Source of the DNA: Pseudolabrys sp.
GTDB taxonomy: Bacteria > Pseudomonadota > Alphaproteobacteria > Rhizobiales > Xanthobacteraceae
DNA: 52,546 bases
Reading direction: 5' to 3'
Assembly: GCA_035638295.1 (NCBI GenBank)
Contig: DASRAF010000489.1
Coordinates: forward strand, 1-52,546
Shown one piece after another: positions 19,838-29,995 of the stretch (the first letter of the stretch is position 1; the number at the start of each line of letters is the position of its first letter). Made by a program: the position numbers and the translations under genes. The notes under the pieces are model-generated. The model was not told the DNA's origin. It saw only the letters and a list, made by a program, of their open reading frames with translations, and searched no databases.

Positions 19838-20401
19838 ATGGCGGGTATCGACGAAAGCCGACAATTCGTACCGCTGAAGATCGCGGTGCTGACGATTTCG
19901 GATACGCGCGAGGCTGCCGACGACAAATCCGGAACGACGTTGGTCGAGCGCATTCGTGCGGCAGGCCATGCCGTGGCTGCACGTGCAATCGTCAGGGACG
20001 AGGTCAGCGCGATCCGCGAGCAGGTTAAAGTCTGGATTGCCGACGACCTCGTCGACGTTGTCATCACCACCGGAGGCACCGGCTTCACTGGTCGTGATGT
20101 GACGCCCGAAGCGGTCGAGCCGCTGTTCGAAAAGCGCATGGACGGCTTCGCCACCATGTTTCTGCTTGTCAGCGAAAGAAAAATCGGCACCTCGGCAATT
20201 CAGACGCGCGCAACGGCCGGGGTCGCCAACGCGACCTATGTGTTCTGCCTTCCGGGCTCACCAGGCGCTTGCAAGGACGCCTGGGACGAAATATTGGTGC
20301 ACCAACTCGACTACCGCTATCGGCCTTGCAACTTTGTGGAAATTCTGCCGCGGCTTGACGAACACCTGCGCAGGCCGAAGGCAAAAGGCGCAACCGCCTG
20401 A
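19838..20401 (+). CDS. moaB: Molybdenum cofactor biosynthesis protein B
   Basis: IAVLTISDTR, DKSG, TTGGTGFTGRDVTPEA, LPGSPGAC, RPCNF. Confidence 0.95.
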   Translation: MAGIDESRQFVPLKIAVLTISDTREAADDKSGTTLVERIRAAGHAVAARAIVRDEVSAIREQVKVWIADDLVDVVITTGGTGFTGRDVTPEAVEPLFEKRMDGFATMFLLVSERKIGTSAIQTRATAGVANATYVFCLPGSPGACKDAWDEILVHQLDYRYRPCNFVEILPRLDEHLRRPKAKGATA

Positions 20402-20412
20402 TTTCTTGCCGG

Positions 20413-21348
20413 CTACAAATCGAGGTCCCAGAATTCGGCGACGACGTCTTTACCCCAACTATGGCGCGGCTCGCTCGAGGTGAGCGTGAAGCCGGCCTTT
20501 TCATAAACATGGCGCGCGGCGCTCAGCACGCTGTGGGTCCATAACGTGATCTTTGTGTATCCGACGGAACGCGCAAAGCGCACGCATTCGTCGACGAGCC
20601 GCGCGCCCAAACCCAGTCCGCGTGCTTTCGGATCGACCAGAAGCAACCTGATTCGTGCCACGCCAGGCTGATCATCCTTCACCAGCATGATGCAGCCGAC
20701 GTTTTCGCCGTTCAACTCCGCGATCCAGCATCGCTCGCACTTTGCGTCGAAGTTGTTGAAGAAGTCGGCGACGATCTGCGCGCAGAGGCCTTCGAACGGC
20801 CCACCCCAACCGTATTCCTGCAAGTAGAGCTCGGCATGGCGTGAAATGACCCAGCCGAAGTCGCCGGCCCGCGGTTCGCGCAACGTATAACGGGGCTGTG
20901 CGCCGGACTTCACCGCCTGTCCGTTGGTGAGCAGAGTTTCGATCGATGTCATGGCTGCGACGATCTGTGTTTGTTGCGAGGGTTCGAGCTCGTCGAGCAT
21001 GGCGCCGGCGTCGCGCTGCGAACGTTCCTCCATCGGAGCGAACAGCTTGCGTCCGCGTGCCGTGAGCGCGAGGTGGCTCTGCCGCCCGTCCTTCTTCGAC
21101 GTTTTGCGGCTGATCAGGCCGCGCTTTTCGAAATTGCGAAGAAGGCGGCTGAGATATCCCGCATCAAGGTCGAGGGTGCGCGCGATGTCGCTTGCAGTGA
21201 GCTGGTCGGCATGTGCGAGCTCGTAGAGCACGCGCATTTCGCCCAGGGAGTAGGGACTGTCCAGGTACGTCTTGCGCAGGACGCCGATCTGCCGCGTGTA
21301 GAAGCGGTTGAACTGGCGGACGGCCGCAATGCTGGTCCGGGCTGCCAT
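20413..21348 (-). CDS. Bifunctional MarR-type HTH regulator/GNAT N-acetyltransferase
   Basis: RQFNRFYT, LDAGYLSR, DGR wing; C-terminal RLLLVDPKARGLGLG acetyl-CoA motif. Confidence 0.92.
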   Translation of the reverse strand: MAARTSIAAVRQFNRFYTRQIGVLRKTYLDSPYSLGEMRVLYELAHADQLTASDIARTLDLDAGYLSRLLRNFEKRGLISRKTSKKDGRQSHLALTARGRKLFAPMEERSQRDAGAMLDELEPSQQTQIVAAMTSIETLLTNGQAVKSGAQPRYTLREPRAGDFGWVISRHAELYLQEYGWGGPFEGLCAQIVADFFNNFDAKCERCWIAELNGENVGCIMLVKDDQPGVARIRLLLVDPKARGLGLGARLVDECVRFARSVGYTKITLWTHSVLSAARHVYEKAGFTLTSSEPRHSWGKDVVAEFWDLDL

Positions 21349-21370
21349 GGCCCGGGCAGCGTCGGCAAAT

Positions 21371-21396
21371 TAGTTGACAAAGTCAAGTATATTGAC
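21371..21396. promoter_or_regulatory. Putative MarR-type operator palindrome
   Basis: TAg-TTGAC-aaa-GTCAA-gTA plus a third TTGAC half-site at 21392-21396, about 25 bp upstream of the MarR-GNAT start. Confidence 0.6.
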
Positions 21397-21964
21397 GGGC
21401 GGGCGAGAGTGTCACTGGCAGGGTGATTATTCGGCGCCGGCCGAGCTTGCGCAGAAGATCAGCCTCCGCGTCCTTGCTGGCGTCGTGCCCGCCGACCGCC
21501 TCGTAAAGACTGCGAGCGATGAGCAACCCCTGTCCGGGCTTGGGTCCCCCGCCAAGTGCGGCGACAAGCAAACTCAGAAATTCCGCAAAGCCCGGACGCT
21601 GAAAGGCAGTGGCGTCCCTGCGGAATACCGCGGCCTTGGGGCCATCTGACGCCTCAGTCGTGCTGATGAACTGGTCCGTGGCCTCTATCCAGCCCGGCTG
21701 CGGTACGGCGCCGGCCCGTAGAAACATGAGCCAGGGGCTTCGGGTCGCGGCGGCGGCGGCCTTGAGGCGCGCGCCTATGGGTTGATGTGAAGCCATGAAG
21801 CGGCAGCCCGCGATATCGGCCACCTCGGCCGTCGCGTCGCGCGAATTCGCGTCGGCAATGATGACGTCCGCGACCAGTCCCGTCGCCGCGGCAGGCACCA
21901 GCGCGGACAGGGTCGGAACGAGCGAACGCTCCGATTCGTGGGTCGAAATGATCGCGCTCAGCAT
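21383..21964 (-). CDS. GT2-like glycosyltransferase (short)
   Basis: MLSAII, VIIADANSRDAT, WLMFLRAG, GQGLLI.RSLYEAVGG. Confidence 0.75.
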   Translation of the reverse strand: MLSAIISTHESERSLVPTLSALVPAAATGLVADVIIADANSRDATAEVADIAGCRFMASHQPIGARLKAAAAATRSPWLMFLRAGAVPQPGWIEATDQFISTTEASDGPKAAVFRRDATAFQRPGFAEFLSLLVAALGGGPKPGQGLLIARSLYEAVGGHDASKDAEADLLRKLGRRRIITLPVTLSPARQYT

Positions 21965-22068
21965 GGAACTGCAGCCCCGGTTGCCGGTTGCCACCATATC
22001 AGGTGGGCATGCTCGACCACCCCACGAGATCAAGGTGCGGCCGAGCAATTTTTAAGCCGCACAGAAAT

Positions 22069-22083
22069 GTTCTTGTTATGTTC
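22069..22083 (+). promoter_or_regulatory. Alphaproteobacterial LexA (SOS) box
   Basis: GTTC-ttgttat-GTTC, perfect GTTC-N7-GTTC, ending 24 bp before the radical SAM start. Confidence 0.85.
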
Positions 22084-22107
22084 ACATTCAAGCATTAGGT
22101 TGCAGGC

Positions 22108-23274
22108 ATGGCTCGATCAAACGCAGCCCAAAGACGCCCGCCGGTTAAGGAGCTGCCCTCCGCTCCGGCGGGCGCCTTTGACGACGTCAGCGAACTCCTT
22201 GGTGTCGTTGTCGACCACGAGCGCCGGCGGGGCCGGGGTGCCCAAAGCAACGCCTCGGGGCGTTACGAGTCGCTAGCCCGTGTCGCCTTTGACGACGGCT
22301 GGAGGACGCTCGACGAGCTTCCGCCCTTCAAGACGACGGTTACGGTCGACGCGACCCGGAAAATCATTACCCGCAATGAGTCACCGGACATCGGCTTTGA
22401 TCGGTCGATCAATCCCTATCGCGGCTGCGAGCATGGCTGCATCTACTGTTTCGCGCGCCCGACCCACGCCTACCTTGGCCTGTCTCCCGGGCTTGATTTC
22501 GAATCCAAGCTTCTGGTGAAGCCTGAAGCCGCTGCCTTGTTGGAAAAGGAGCTGTCGGCGCCCGGCTACGAGCCGAAGGTTATCGCGATCGGCACCAATA
22601 CCGATCCATATCAGCCGATCGAGCGTCGCTACAAAGTCATGCGCCGGATCCTGGAAGTGCTTGACCGAGCGGGCCATCCAGTCGGCATCGTTACAAAATC
22701 GGCGCTGGTGTTGCGTGATCTCGACATCCTGGCCCGCATGGCTGAAAGGAATCTGGCGAAGGTCGCGCTCTCGGTGACCACATTGGATCCCACGCTCGCC
22801 CGCAAGATGGAACCGCGAGCAGCGACGCCTATGCGCCGGCTCGAGACGCTGCGACGTCTGACCCAGGCCGGCGTTCCGACAACCGTCATGGTGGCGCCAG
22901 TCATTCCCGCGCTGAACGACATGGAAATCGAGCGTATTCTTGAAGCGGCGAAAACCGCACGGGTGAAAGAAGCCGGTTACGTACTGTTGCGGTTGCCGCT
23001 TGAGGTGAGGGACCTTTTCCGGGAATGGCTGATCGCGAATTATCCCGATCGCTATCGCCATGTCTTCAAACTGGTCCGCGATATGCGGGGCGGGAAGGAC
23101 TACGATTCCACCTGGGGAACCCGAATGAAGGGGACAGGACCTTACGCCTGGATGATAGGACGCCGCTTCGAAATGGCCTGCGAAAAGTTGGGGTTCAACG
23201 CAGCGCGAAGTGCGCTGACGACTGAGCATTTCCAAAAGCCAAGGCCTGGCGCCGAACAATTGAGCCTGCTCTAG
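22108..23274 (+). CDS. PA0069 family radical SAM protein (SplB-like)
   Basis: RGRGAQSN, SINPYRGCEHGCIYCFARP (CxxxCxxC), GTNTDPYQP. Confidence 0.92.
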   Translation: MARSNAAQRRPPVKELPSAPAGAFDDVSELLGVVVDHERRRGRGAQSNASGRYESLARVAFDDGWRTLDELPPFKTTVTVDATRKIITRNESPDIGFDRSINPYRGCEHGCIYCFARPTHAYLGLSPGLDFESKLLVKPEAAALLEKELSAPGYEPKVIAIGTNTDPYQPIERRYKVMRRILEVLDRAGHPVGIVTKSALVLRDLDILARMAERNLAKVALSVTTLDPTLARKMEPRAATPMRRLETLRRLTQAGVPTTVMVAPVIPALNDMEIERILEAAKTARVKEAGYVLLRLPLEVRDLFREWLIANYPDRYRHVFKLVRDMRGGKDYDSTWGTRMKGTGPYAWMIGRRFEMACEKLGFNAARSALTTEHFQKPRPGAEQLSLL

Positions 23275-23358
23275 AACTTCGCCGAGCAGTCCCCGCCATC
23301 CACATCCCACTCAGGCTTTGCATTGACTTGGCCTCTCTTCCGCGCACTCATCGCGGCA

Positions 23359-24063
23359 ATGGCCAAAAAACCAAAAACTAGCCTGCGATTGCCGCTCAAT
23401 GAGCCGATCTTGCGTCCTACGTTTCGGCGCGAGCGTCGCGCGCTCAACAAAGGCATCTACCCGGTGGCTGGGTGCGACGAGGCGGGAAGGGGCCCGCTTG
23501 CGGGCCCGGTTGTAGCCGCGGCAGTTGTGCTTGATCCTCAACGCATTCCCCGTGGTCTCAATGATTCGAAGAAGCTTGACGCTGAGGCGCGCGAGAAACT
23601 GTACGCAAAAATCTGTGCGACAGCTCAGGTGGCGGTGGCGTTCGGCGCTGTCGATCGCATCGATCGCGACAACATATTGCGCGCGTCACTGTGGGCACTT
23701 GCCCGGGCGGTCAAAGCGTTGCCAGTGCGACCAAAGCTCGTGTTTGTCGACGGAAACCAGAAGATCGACTGCGGCTGTGATTGCGAGGCGGTCGTCTCCG
23801 GCGATGCGCTGGTCGTGTCGGTCGCCGCGGCGTCGATTGTGGCCAAAGTGACCCGCGATCGCCTTATGACCCAGTTAGGGCGGGCTCATCCAGGATATGG
23901 GTTCGAGCGGCACATGGGATACAGCGTACCCGAGCATTTTGCCGCACTGGCACGCCTTGGGCCGACCATTCATCACCGGAAATCCTTTGCGCCGGTGGCG
24001 GCCAAATTGGCCGCTCTCGGCGGTGCCTCCGATGAAGCTGTCGTCGAGTTGTTGCCTCTTTAG
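23359..24063 (+). CDS. rnhB: Ribonuclease HII
   Basis: [41 protein letters not shown]; start uncertain (23323 or 23359). Confidence 0.95.
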   Translation: MAKKPKTSLRLPLNEPILRPTFRRERRALNKGIYPVAGCDEAGRGPLAGPVVAAAVVLDPQRIPRGLNDSKKLDAEAREKLYAKICATAQVAVAFGAVDRIDRDNILRASLWALARAVKALPVRPKLVFVDGNQKIDCGCDCEAVVSGDALVVSVAAASIVAKVTRDRLMTQLGRAHPGYGFERHMGYSVPEHFAALARLGPTIHHRKSFAPVAAKLAALGGASDEAVVELLPL

Positions 24064-24116
24064 CGCGGCTTCTCTATGCCTGCCTGGGTACCACCTTCAT
24101 AACCCCGCGCGGGCCA

Positions 24117-25616
24117 ATGCATTACGTTTCCCTGCTTGTTGAATTCCTGCGTGGACGCCCGGCCGTGGTATTCTGGACCGCTGCGCTGACGCAAGCCGCG
24201 CTTTGGACCCTGATACCCGCGATCTTTTACGGCGCTCCTCCTGGCGAAGTGCCGCTGCTGCTCGCAGTCGGCCGCGAATTTGTGCTCGGCAGCTATCTCG
24301 GACCACCACTGGCCTTTTGGCTGGGGGAGGTGGCTTTCAGGATCGCCGGCAGCTTCGGTCTGTATGCATTGGCGCAGGCCTGCATCGTCCTGACCTACTG
24401 GGCGGTATTCGTTCTCGGGCGCGGTATTGTCGGTACCCGCCATGCGATCCTTGCCGTACTGCTGATGGTTGGAATTGCGGCCTACGCAGTGCCCAGCCCG
24501 AATTTTGGTCCAGCGGCCCTGGCGGCGCCATTATGGGCGCTAGGTCTGCTTTTCTATTGGCGCGCGGTCGGCGAGGGGAGGCGTGGCTATTGGTTTCTGC
24601 TTGCGCTTGATCTTGGCTTACTACTTCTGGCCAGCTATGTCGGCGTGATCCTGCTTGTCCTCATGATCGTCTTTACCGCTGCATCCGCTCGCGGGAGAAG
24701 CGCCGCGCAACGGCCCGAGCCATGGATCGCCGTTCTGCTCCTGTGTATCGTCGTTTTTCCGCACGTCATGTGGTTCAGGAGCGGTCGTTCGCTGATATTG
24801 GAAGGAATTGACGAAAGCTTCGCGGCAACTGGACGACTATCACCGGCGCTTTGGTTGATCTTCGCGCTGCTTCTCACACATCTTGGGCTCGCATTATTGG
24901 TGGCGTTGACAAGCGGGTGGCCACGCCATCCTCGAGAACGCGCGCCGGAAATCGATCGTAACCCTGTCGACCCTTTCGCTCGCACCTTTGTGTTTGTCTT
25001 CGCGTTGGCGCCTGCGCTTATGGCGGTCATGCTCGCTTTTGCAAGCGGCCGACTTGGGCCGCTCGGCAGTATCGCGCCGCTTGTCGTGCTTTCGGGGCTT
25101 GCGGTCATAGTCGCTGCCGGCGACAAAATTCTGCTTTACCGAGAACGGTTGGTTTCTTCAACCTGGCTTGGTCTGCTGGTGGCACCGCCTGTGCTGGTCG
25201 CGCTTTCGATCGCGATTTTCCCCTGGGCGTTGGGTTCCGATCTCAAGATCGCACAACCGGCGAACGCCGAGGGTCGCTTCTATGCGGACATCTTTCAGCG
25301 CCGCACCGGCAAGCCGCTAGCCTATTTGAGCGGTGATCCGCGAGTTGCGCCACTCGTCGCGCTCGCCGCGCCGAGTCGACCTCACCTCTATTTTGCCTGG
25401 GCGCCGGAGCGGAGCCCCTGGGTGACTTTGACCGACATGCGCACACAGGGCGGCATTCTGGTTTGGCCGGCTGCCGACAATAGTGGCACCGCTCCCGAGA
25501 CGCTGAAGGTGCAATTTCCGGAAATGGTACCCGAGGTGCCGCGCTCTTTCCCACGCGCGGTGCAGGGAATGTTGCCGTTGATCCGCATCGGATGGTCGAT
25601 GCAGCGGCCACAATAG
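24117..25616 (+). CDS. GT-C fold membrane glycosyltransferase (GT39/ArnT/Rgt-like)
   Basis: Many TM helices, YLGPPLAFWL, PH..W motif, C-terminal periplasmic domain. Confidence 0.7.
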   Translation: MHYVSLLVEFLRGRPAVVFWTAALTQAALWTLIPAIFYGAPPGEVPLLLAVGREFVLGSYLGPPLAFWLGEVAFRIAGSFGLYALAQACIVLTYWAVFVLGRGIVGTRHAILAVLLMVGIAAYAVPSPNFGPAALAAPLWALGLLFYWRAVGEGRRGYWFLLALDLGLLLLASYVGVILLVLMIVFTAASARGRSAAQRPEPWIAVLLLCIVVFPHVMWFRSGRSLILEGIDESFAATGRLSPALWLIFALLLTHLGLALLVALTSGWPRHPRERAPEIDRNPVDPFARTFVFVFALAPALMAVMLAFASGRLGPLGSIAPLVVLSGLAVIVAAGDKILLYRERLVSSTWLGLLVAPPVLVALSIAIFPWALGSDLKIAQPANAEGRFYADIFQRRTGKPLAYLSGDPRVAPLVALAAPSRPHLYFAWAPERSPWVTLTDMRTQGGILVWPAADNSGTAPETLKVQFPEMVPEVPRSFPRAVQGMLPLIRIGWSMQRPQ

Positions 25617-26618
25617 CTAGTGATAGCTTTCACCCTCTCGCACCTTCCCGCGGAAGAGCCAATAGATAAAGGCGACGTAGCCGAGAATGATTGGCAACAG
25701 CAGAAGCGTGCCCAGCAGCATAAAAATCTGGCTCGCCGGCGCCGCCGCTGTATCCCAAACGGTGAGAGATGGCGGGACCAGGTAGGGAAAGTTGGAAATT
25801 ACGAGCCCAAGAAAGCCAAGAAGGAAAAGCGCCATGGTTGCCAGGAATGGCGGCACCTCGCGCCCGTTTTCGATCCATCGCCACGCGAGATAGGCGGTGA
25901 GTGCCGTAACCAGAGGCACCGGCCAAAGAAAATAGAAATTGGGCAAAGTGAACCACCGGTCTGCGATACGTGACTGGCTGAGTGGCGTCCATAAGCTCAC
26001 CGCGGCCATGCACACGAGCACCGCCAGCAGCAGAACTTTTGCCTGGCCGCGGGCGCGTTGCGCCACCGGTCCTTCCGTTTTCATCGCAAGCCACGTGGCA
26101 CCCAGCAGTGCGTAACCGGCGATCAGGGACAGTCCGCAGAGGAACGCAAAAGGTGTTGCCCAGTCGAACGACCCTCCGCTGAAAGCGCCATCGCGCACGG
26201 CAACTCCCTGGATCAGGCCGCCAAGAATCACACCCTGACAGAAGCTCGCAAGAGTCGAACCTACATTAAAGGCAATGTTCCAGCCGGTCTTGCTGTACGA
26301 AACGTGGCGAAATTCGAATGCGACACCGCGAAAAACCAACGACAGAAGCATCACGATGACGGGCAGGTAGAACGCCGGCATGATGATCGAGTACGCCTTT
26401 GGAAACGCGACGAACAGGCCAGCGCCGCCCAATACGAGCCAGGTCTCGTTGCCGTCCCAGTATGGCGCAATAGTGCGGGTCATCTGATCGCGCTCGCTCT
26501 CGGTGCGCGCGGTCGGAAAAAGTATGCCGATGCCCAAATCGAAGCCGTCGAGAAGTACGTACATGAATACGGCGGTTCCGATCAGGGCAGCCCAGATCAG
26601 CGGGAGGTACCATTCCAT
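25617..26618 (-). CDS. cydB: Cytochrome bd ubiquinol oxidase subunit II
   Basis: YVLLDGFDLGIG, PYWDGNETWLV, FRGVAFEFR, YWLFRGKV. Confidence 0.95.
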   Translation of the reverse strand: MEWYLPLIWAALIGTAVFMYVLLDGFDLGIGILFPTARTESERDQMTRTIAPYWDGNETWLVLGGAGLFVAFPKAYSIIMPAFYLPVIVMLLSLVFRGVAFEFRHVSYSKTGWNIAFNVGSTLASFCQGVILGGLIQGVAVRDGAFSGGSFDWATPFAFLCGLSLIAGYALLGATWLAMKTEGPVAQRARGQAKVLLLAVLVCMAAVSLWTPLSQSRIADRWFTLPNFYFLWPVPLVTALTAYLAWRWIENGREVPPFLATMALFLLGFLGLVISNFPYLVPPSLTVWDTAAAPASQIFMLLGTLLLLPIILGYVAFIYWLFRGKVREGESYH

Positions 26619-26631
26619 GACATCGTGCCTT

Positions 26632-28020
26632 TCAACGCTGCATTGCCTCGCGCCCGGCATCCTGTGCGGCGGAAATCGGGCTCGGTGAAAATGGGACCGG
26701 CTCCGCCGAAGGTTTGTGCGGACCCTGCGCAATCAGACGGTTGATGTAATAGATGCCAAACCAGAACACGACGCCGTAGGCCAGAACGAATAGCGCCAAC
26801 GTGCCAGCGATAGTCGCGCTGGGCACGGGGGATGTGGCGTCGGCGGTGCGCAATATGCCTTGCGCGACCCAGGGCTGTCGCCCGCTTTCGGTCACGACCC
26901 AGCCTGCTATCACCGCGACAAAGCCCAGCCACCAGCAGTGAGACATCACGCGCAAATACCAGCGCGTCTCGAACAGTGTTCCGCGCCACCACAGGAAGGC
27001 GCCGAAAAGCGCAGACGCAATCATGAAGAAGCCGATTGCGAGCATGATGCGGAAAGCGAAAAACACTGTCTTGACCGGAGGCCGATCGGATACAGGTACG
27101 CTGTTGAGGCCAGGAAACAATCCGTTCATGCGATGGGTCAAGACCAGTGACGCCGCTTTCGGAATCGACAATTCGAAACGGTTCACTCCCGTCACTTCGT
27201 CCGGCCAGGCAAAGATGTGAAAGTCACCTGGCTTGCTTCCGTCCCAATGCGCTTCCATGGCTGCAATTTTGATCGGCTGATGTTGCAGCGTGTTAAGTCC
27301 GTGCTGATCGCCGATGAACAACTGGAGGGGAGCCAGGATTGCGGTAAGTCCGATTGCCATCCTGAGCATCGTCCGCCCCTCTTCGAGGTGGCGGCCGGCA
27401 ACGATGTAGCGCGCGCCAACCGCGAGCACGACGAAACCGGTCGTGAGGTATGCTGCGTTGAGCATATGGGCGAAGCGATACGGAAAACTCGGATTGAAGA
27501 CAATGGCGAGCCAGTCTGCCGGGTGCGCGACACCGCCGCTCATCTGGTGGCCGGTTGGTGTTTGCATCCAGCTGTTCGCCGAGAGAATCCAGAAGGCGGA
27601 AACCGCCGTTCCGACGGCGACAATCGCGGCTGAAAGCACGTAAAGCCAGGGCGGCACGCGATTAAAACCGAACAGCAGCACACCGAGGAAGGTCGCTTCC
27701 AGAAAGAATGCGCTCAAGACTTCGTAGCCAATCAAGGGCCCGACGACATTGCCGACGACGACAGAGAAACGGCTCCAGTTGGTGCCGAACTGGTAAGACA
27801 GAACGATTCCGGACACGACTCCCATCGCAAAAGAGACCGCAAAGATCCGCGTCCAGAATTGCATGAGATGGTGATATCGGTCGTTGCCGGTACGCAGCCA
27901 GATCGCGCCGAGTGTCGCCAGGTAAGCGGATAGCCCGATCGTGAAGCTCGGAAAGATGATGTGAAAAACGATCGTGAAGGCAAACTGTAAACGGGCCAGC
28001 AGGACAGGATCAAAATCCAT
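26632..28020 (-). CDS. cydA: Cytochrome bd ubiquinol oxidase subunit I (short Q-loop, CioA-like)
   Basis: RLQFAFT..FHIIFP, FFLEATF, NSWMQTP, QPIKIAAME, ESGRQPW. Confidence 0.96.
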   Translation of the reverse strand: MDFDPVLLARLQFAFTIVFHIIFPSFTIGLSAYLATLGAIWLRTGNDRYHHLMQFWTRIFAVSFAMGVVSGIVLSYQFGTNWSRFSVVVGNVVGPLIGYEVLSAFFLEATFLGVLLFGFNRVPPWLYVLSAAIVAVGTAVSAFWILSANSWMQTPTGHQMSGGVAHPADWLAIVFNPSFPYRFAHMLNAAYLTTGFVVLAVGARYIVAGRHLEEGRTMLRMAIGLTAILAPLQLFIGDQHGLNTLQHQPIKIAAMEAHWDGSKPGDFHIFAWPDEVTGVNRFELSIPKAASLVLTHRMNGLFPGLNSVPVSDRPPVKTVFFAFRIMLAIGFFMIASALFGAFLWWRGTLFETRWYLRVMSHCWWLGFVAVIAGWVVTESGRQPWVAQGILRTADATSPVPSATIAGTLALFVLAYGVVFWFGIYYINRLIAQGPHKPSAEPVPFSPSPISAAQDAGREAMQR

Positions 28021-28216
28021 GACGAGCTCCGATCGAACGTCCTGAACCGAATTATAGTCGGTGTGTACAAAGCCTGGGAGATATTTGTGTTCGGCCGGTT
28101 GCGATAAATAGAAGCGGCAAGCGCGGACGTCGGATGGTATCCACAGCGTGCGGATCAGTTCTGGCGAGTGGATGCAACCGCGTTAGGATCGGGAAATCGC
28201 AATTGGCGGGAATGAT

Positions 28217-29566
28217 ATGGGCAAGCAGCCAAAGCGCGCTCCAGTAAGTCGTAAAGCCAACACCGGTTTCTCAGCTTTCCTTGATCGGTATTTCGGGCTC
28301 GCCGAGCAGGGCACCGACGTCCGTACGGAATTCATCGCCGGCGTGACCACGTTTCTGACGATGGTCTACATCGTGTTCGTCAATCCCATCATTCTTGGCA
28401 AAACCGGAATGGATCAGGGGGCGGTTTTCGTTGCAACGTGCGTCGCAGCCGCGGTCAGCACTCTGGTCATGGCCTGCTACGCGAACTATCCGATCGCGCT
28501 CGCACCGGGCATGGGCATCAATGCGTTCTTCGCCTTCACCGTCGTGCTGACTTACAATTACACTTGGCAACAGGCGCTCGCGGCGGTGTTCTGCTCCGGT
28601 GTCCTGTTTTTTCTGATTTCAGTATTTCCGATACGGCAATATGTCATCGACGCAATTCCGCAGAATTTGAAGCTTGCTGTTTCGGCGGGTGTCGGCCTGT
28701 TCCTCGGCATTATCGCGCTCGAAGAAGCCAAGGTCATCGTTGACCATCCCGCAACGCTTGTGACGCTCGGCGACCTGACCAAGCCGTTCCCAGTCCTGAT
28801 GCTATTCGGCTTTGTCTTGATAGCCGGGCTGAACTATAGGCGCATCCTCGGCGGCACGCTGATCGGCATCCTCATCGTTACGGCCATCGGTCTGCCATTT
28901 GGTCTTTCTCGGTTCAATGGAGTCGTTTCGGTGCCGCCTTCGCTCTCGCCGACATTTCTGCAGCTCGATTTTTCGCGCATTAGTGAACTTACATTCCTGA
29001 TCGTTGTGTTCTCGATTCTTTTTGTGGATGTATTCGACAATGCAGGGACGCTGATCGGCGTCACGCATCGCACCGGACTGATGAAAAACGGCAAGCTCGC
29101 GCGCATGAAACAGGCGCTGATTTCCGATAGCTTTGCTGCAATGTTTGGCGCGCTGATCGGTACATCGACCACCACCAGCTACATCGAGAGCGCTGCCGGT
29201 GTTTCGGCGGGTGGTCGCACTGGTCTGACTGCCCTGTTCGTCGGCCTGTTCTTCGTGCTGGCGCTGTTCTTTGCGCCGCTCGCGGGGATGGTGCTTGCTT
29301 ACGCTTCGGCAGCGGCGTTGCTCTATGTCGCTTGCGTGATGACGCGCGGTCTCGCGGAGATAGACTGGGAGGACATGACCGAATATGCGCCCGCCGTGAT
29401 CACCGCGATTACAATGCCGCTGACCTATTCGATTGCGACCGGCATCGGCCTTGGCTTCATCACCTACGCGCTCGCCAAAATTATCTCTGGCAAGGTGAGG
29501 GAAGCTTCGCCGACGGTGATCGTACTTGCCGTTCTGTTTGCAACCAAATTCGCGGTAACGGGGTGA
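28217..29566 (+). CDS. NCS2 family permease (AzgA/purine-type)
   Basis: AGVTTFLTM.YI..VNP, LAPGMG.NAFF, TSYIESAAG..AGGRTGLT. Confidence 0.92.
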   Translation: MGKQPKRAPVSRKANTGFSAFLDRYFGLAEQGTDVRTEFIAGVTTFLTMVYIVFVNPIILGKTGMDQGAVFVATCVAAAVSTLVMACYANYPIALAPGMGINAFFAFTVVLTYNYTWQQALAAVFCSGVLFFLISVFPIRQYVIDAIPQNLKLAVSAGVGLFLGIIALEEAKVIVDHPATLVTLGDLTKPFPVLMLFGFVLIAGLNYRRILGGTLIGILIVTAIGLPFGLSRFNGVVSVPPSLSPTFLQLDFSRISELTFLIVVFSILFVDVFDNAGTLIGVTHRTGLMKNGKLARMKQALISDSFAAMFGALIGTSTTTSYIESAAGVSAGGRTGLTALFVGLFFVLALFFAPLAGMVLAYASAAALLYVACVMTRGLAEIDWEDMTEYAPAVITAITMPLTYSIATGIGLGFITYALAKIISGKVREASPTVIVLAVLFATKFAVTG

Positions 29567-29569
29567 AGT

Positions 29570-29995
29570 TTGACCTCAACCTGGCAACTGTGGGCGGTTC
29601 TGTCGGCGATTTTTGCGGCCCTAACGGCAATATTTGCCAAGGTCGGCGTCGAAAACGTGAATGCCGATTTTGCGACCTTCGTCCGCACGATCGTTATTCT
29701 AGTGACCCTCGCCTTCATTCTTCTGGCGACCGGCCAGTTTCAGTCGCCTAGCGCGATCTCGTCACGCAGTTATTTGTTTCTGTTGCTGTCGGGACTGGCC
29801 ACCGGCGCATCCTGGATCTGTTATTTCCGCGCTCTGAAGATCGGCGAAGCCGCCAAGGTCGCTCCCATCGATAAGCTCTCTGTAGTGTTGGTGGCGCTTT
29901 TCGGAGTTATGTTTCTCGGGGAGCGCTTGACTGCGCCGAATTGGCTCGGAGTGGCGCTAATCGCTGCCGGCGCAATTCTGGTCGCTTATCGGTGA
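29570..29995 (+). CDS. EamA family small membrane protein
   Basis: FAALTAIFAKVG, SWICYFRAL, VAPIDKLSV; TTG start. Confidence 0.88.
   Translation: MTSTWQLWAVLSAIFAALTAIFAKVGVENVNADFATFVRTIVILVTLAFILLATGQFQSPSAISSRSYLFLLLSGLATGASWICYFRALKIGEAAKVAPIDKLSVVLVALFGVMFLGERLTAPNWLGVALIAAGAILVAYR

Noticed and set aside
28021-28216. FNR/FixK box or purine riboswitch between cydA and the NCS2 permease
   Set aside because: No TTGA-N6-TCAA match and no recognisable riboswitch core
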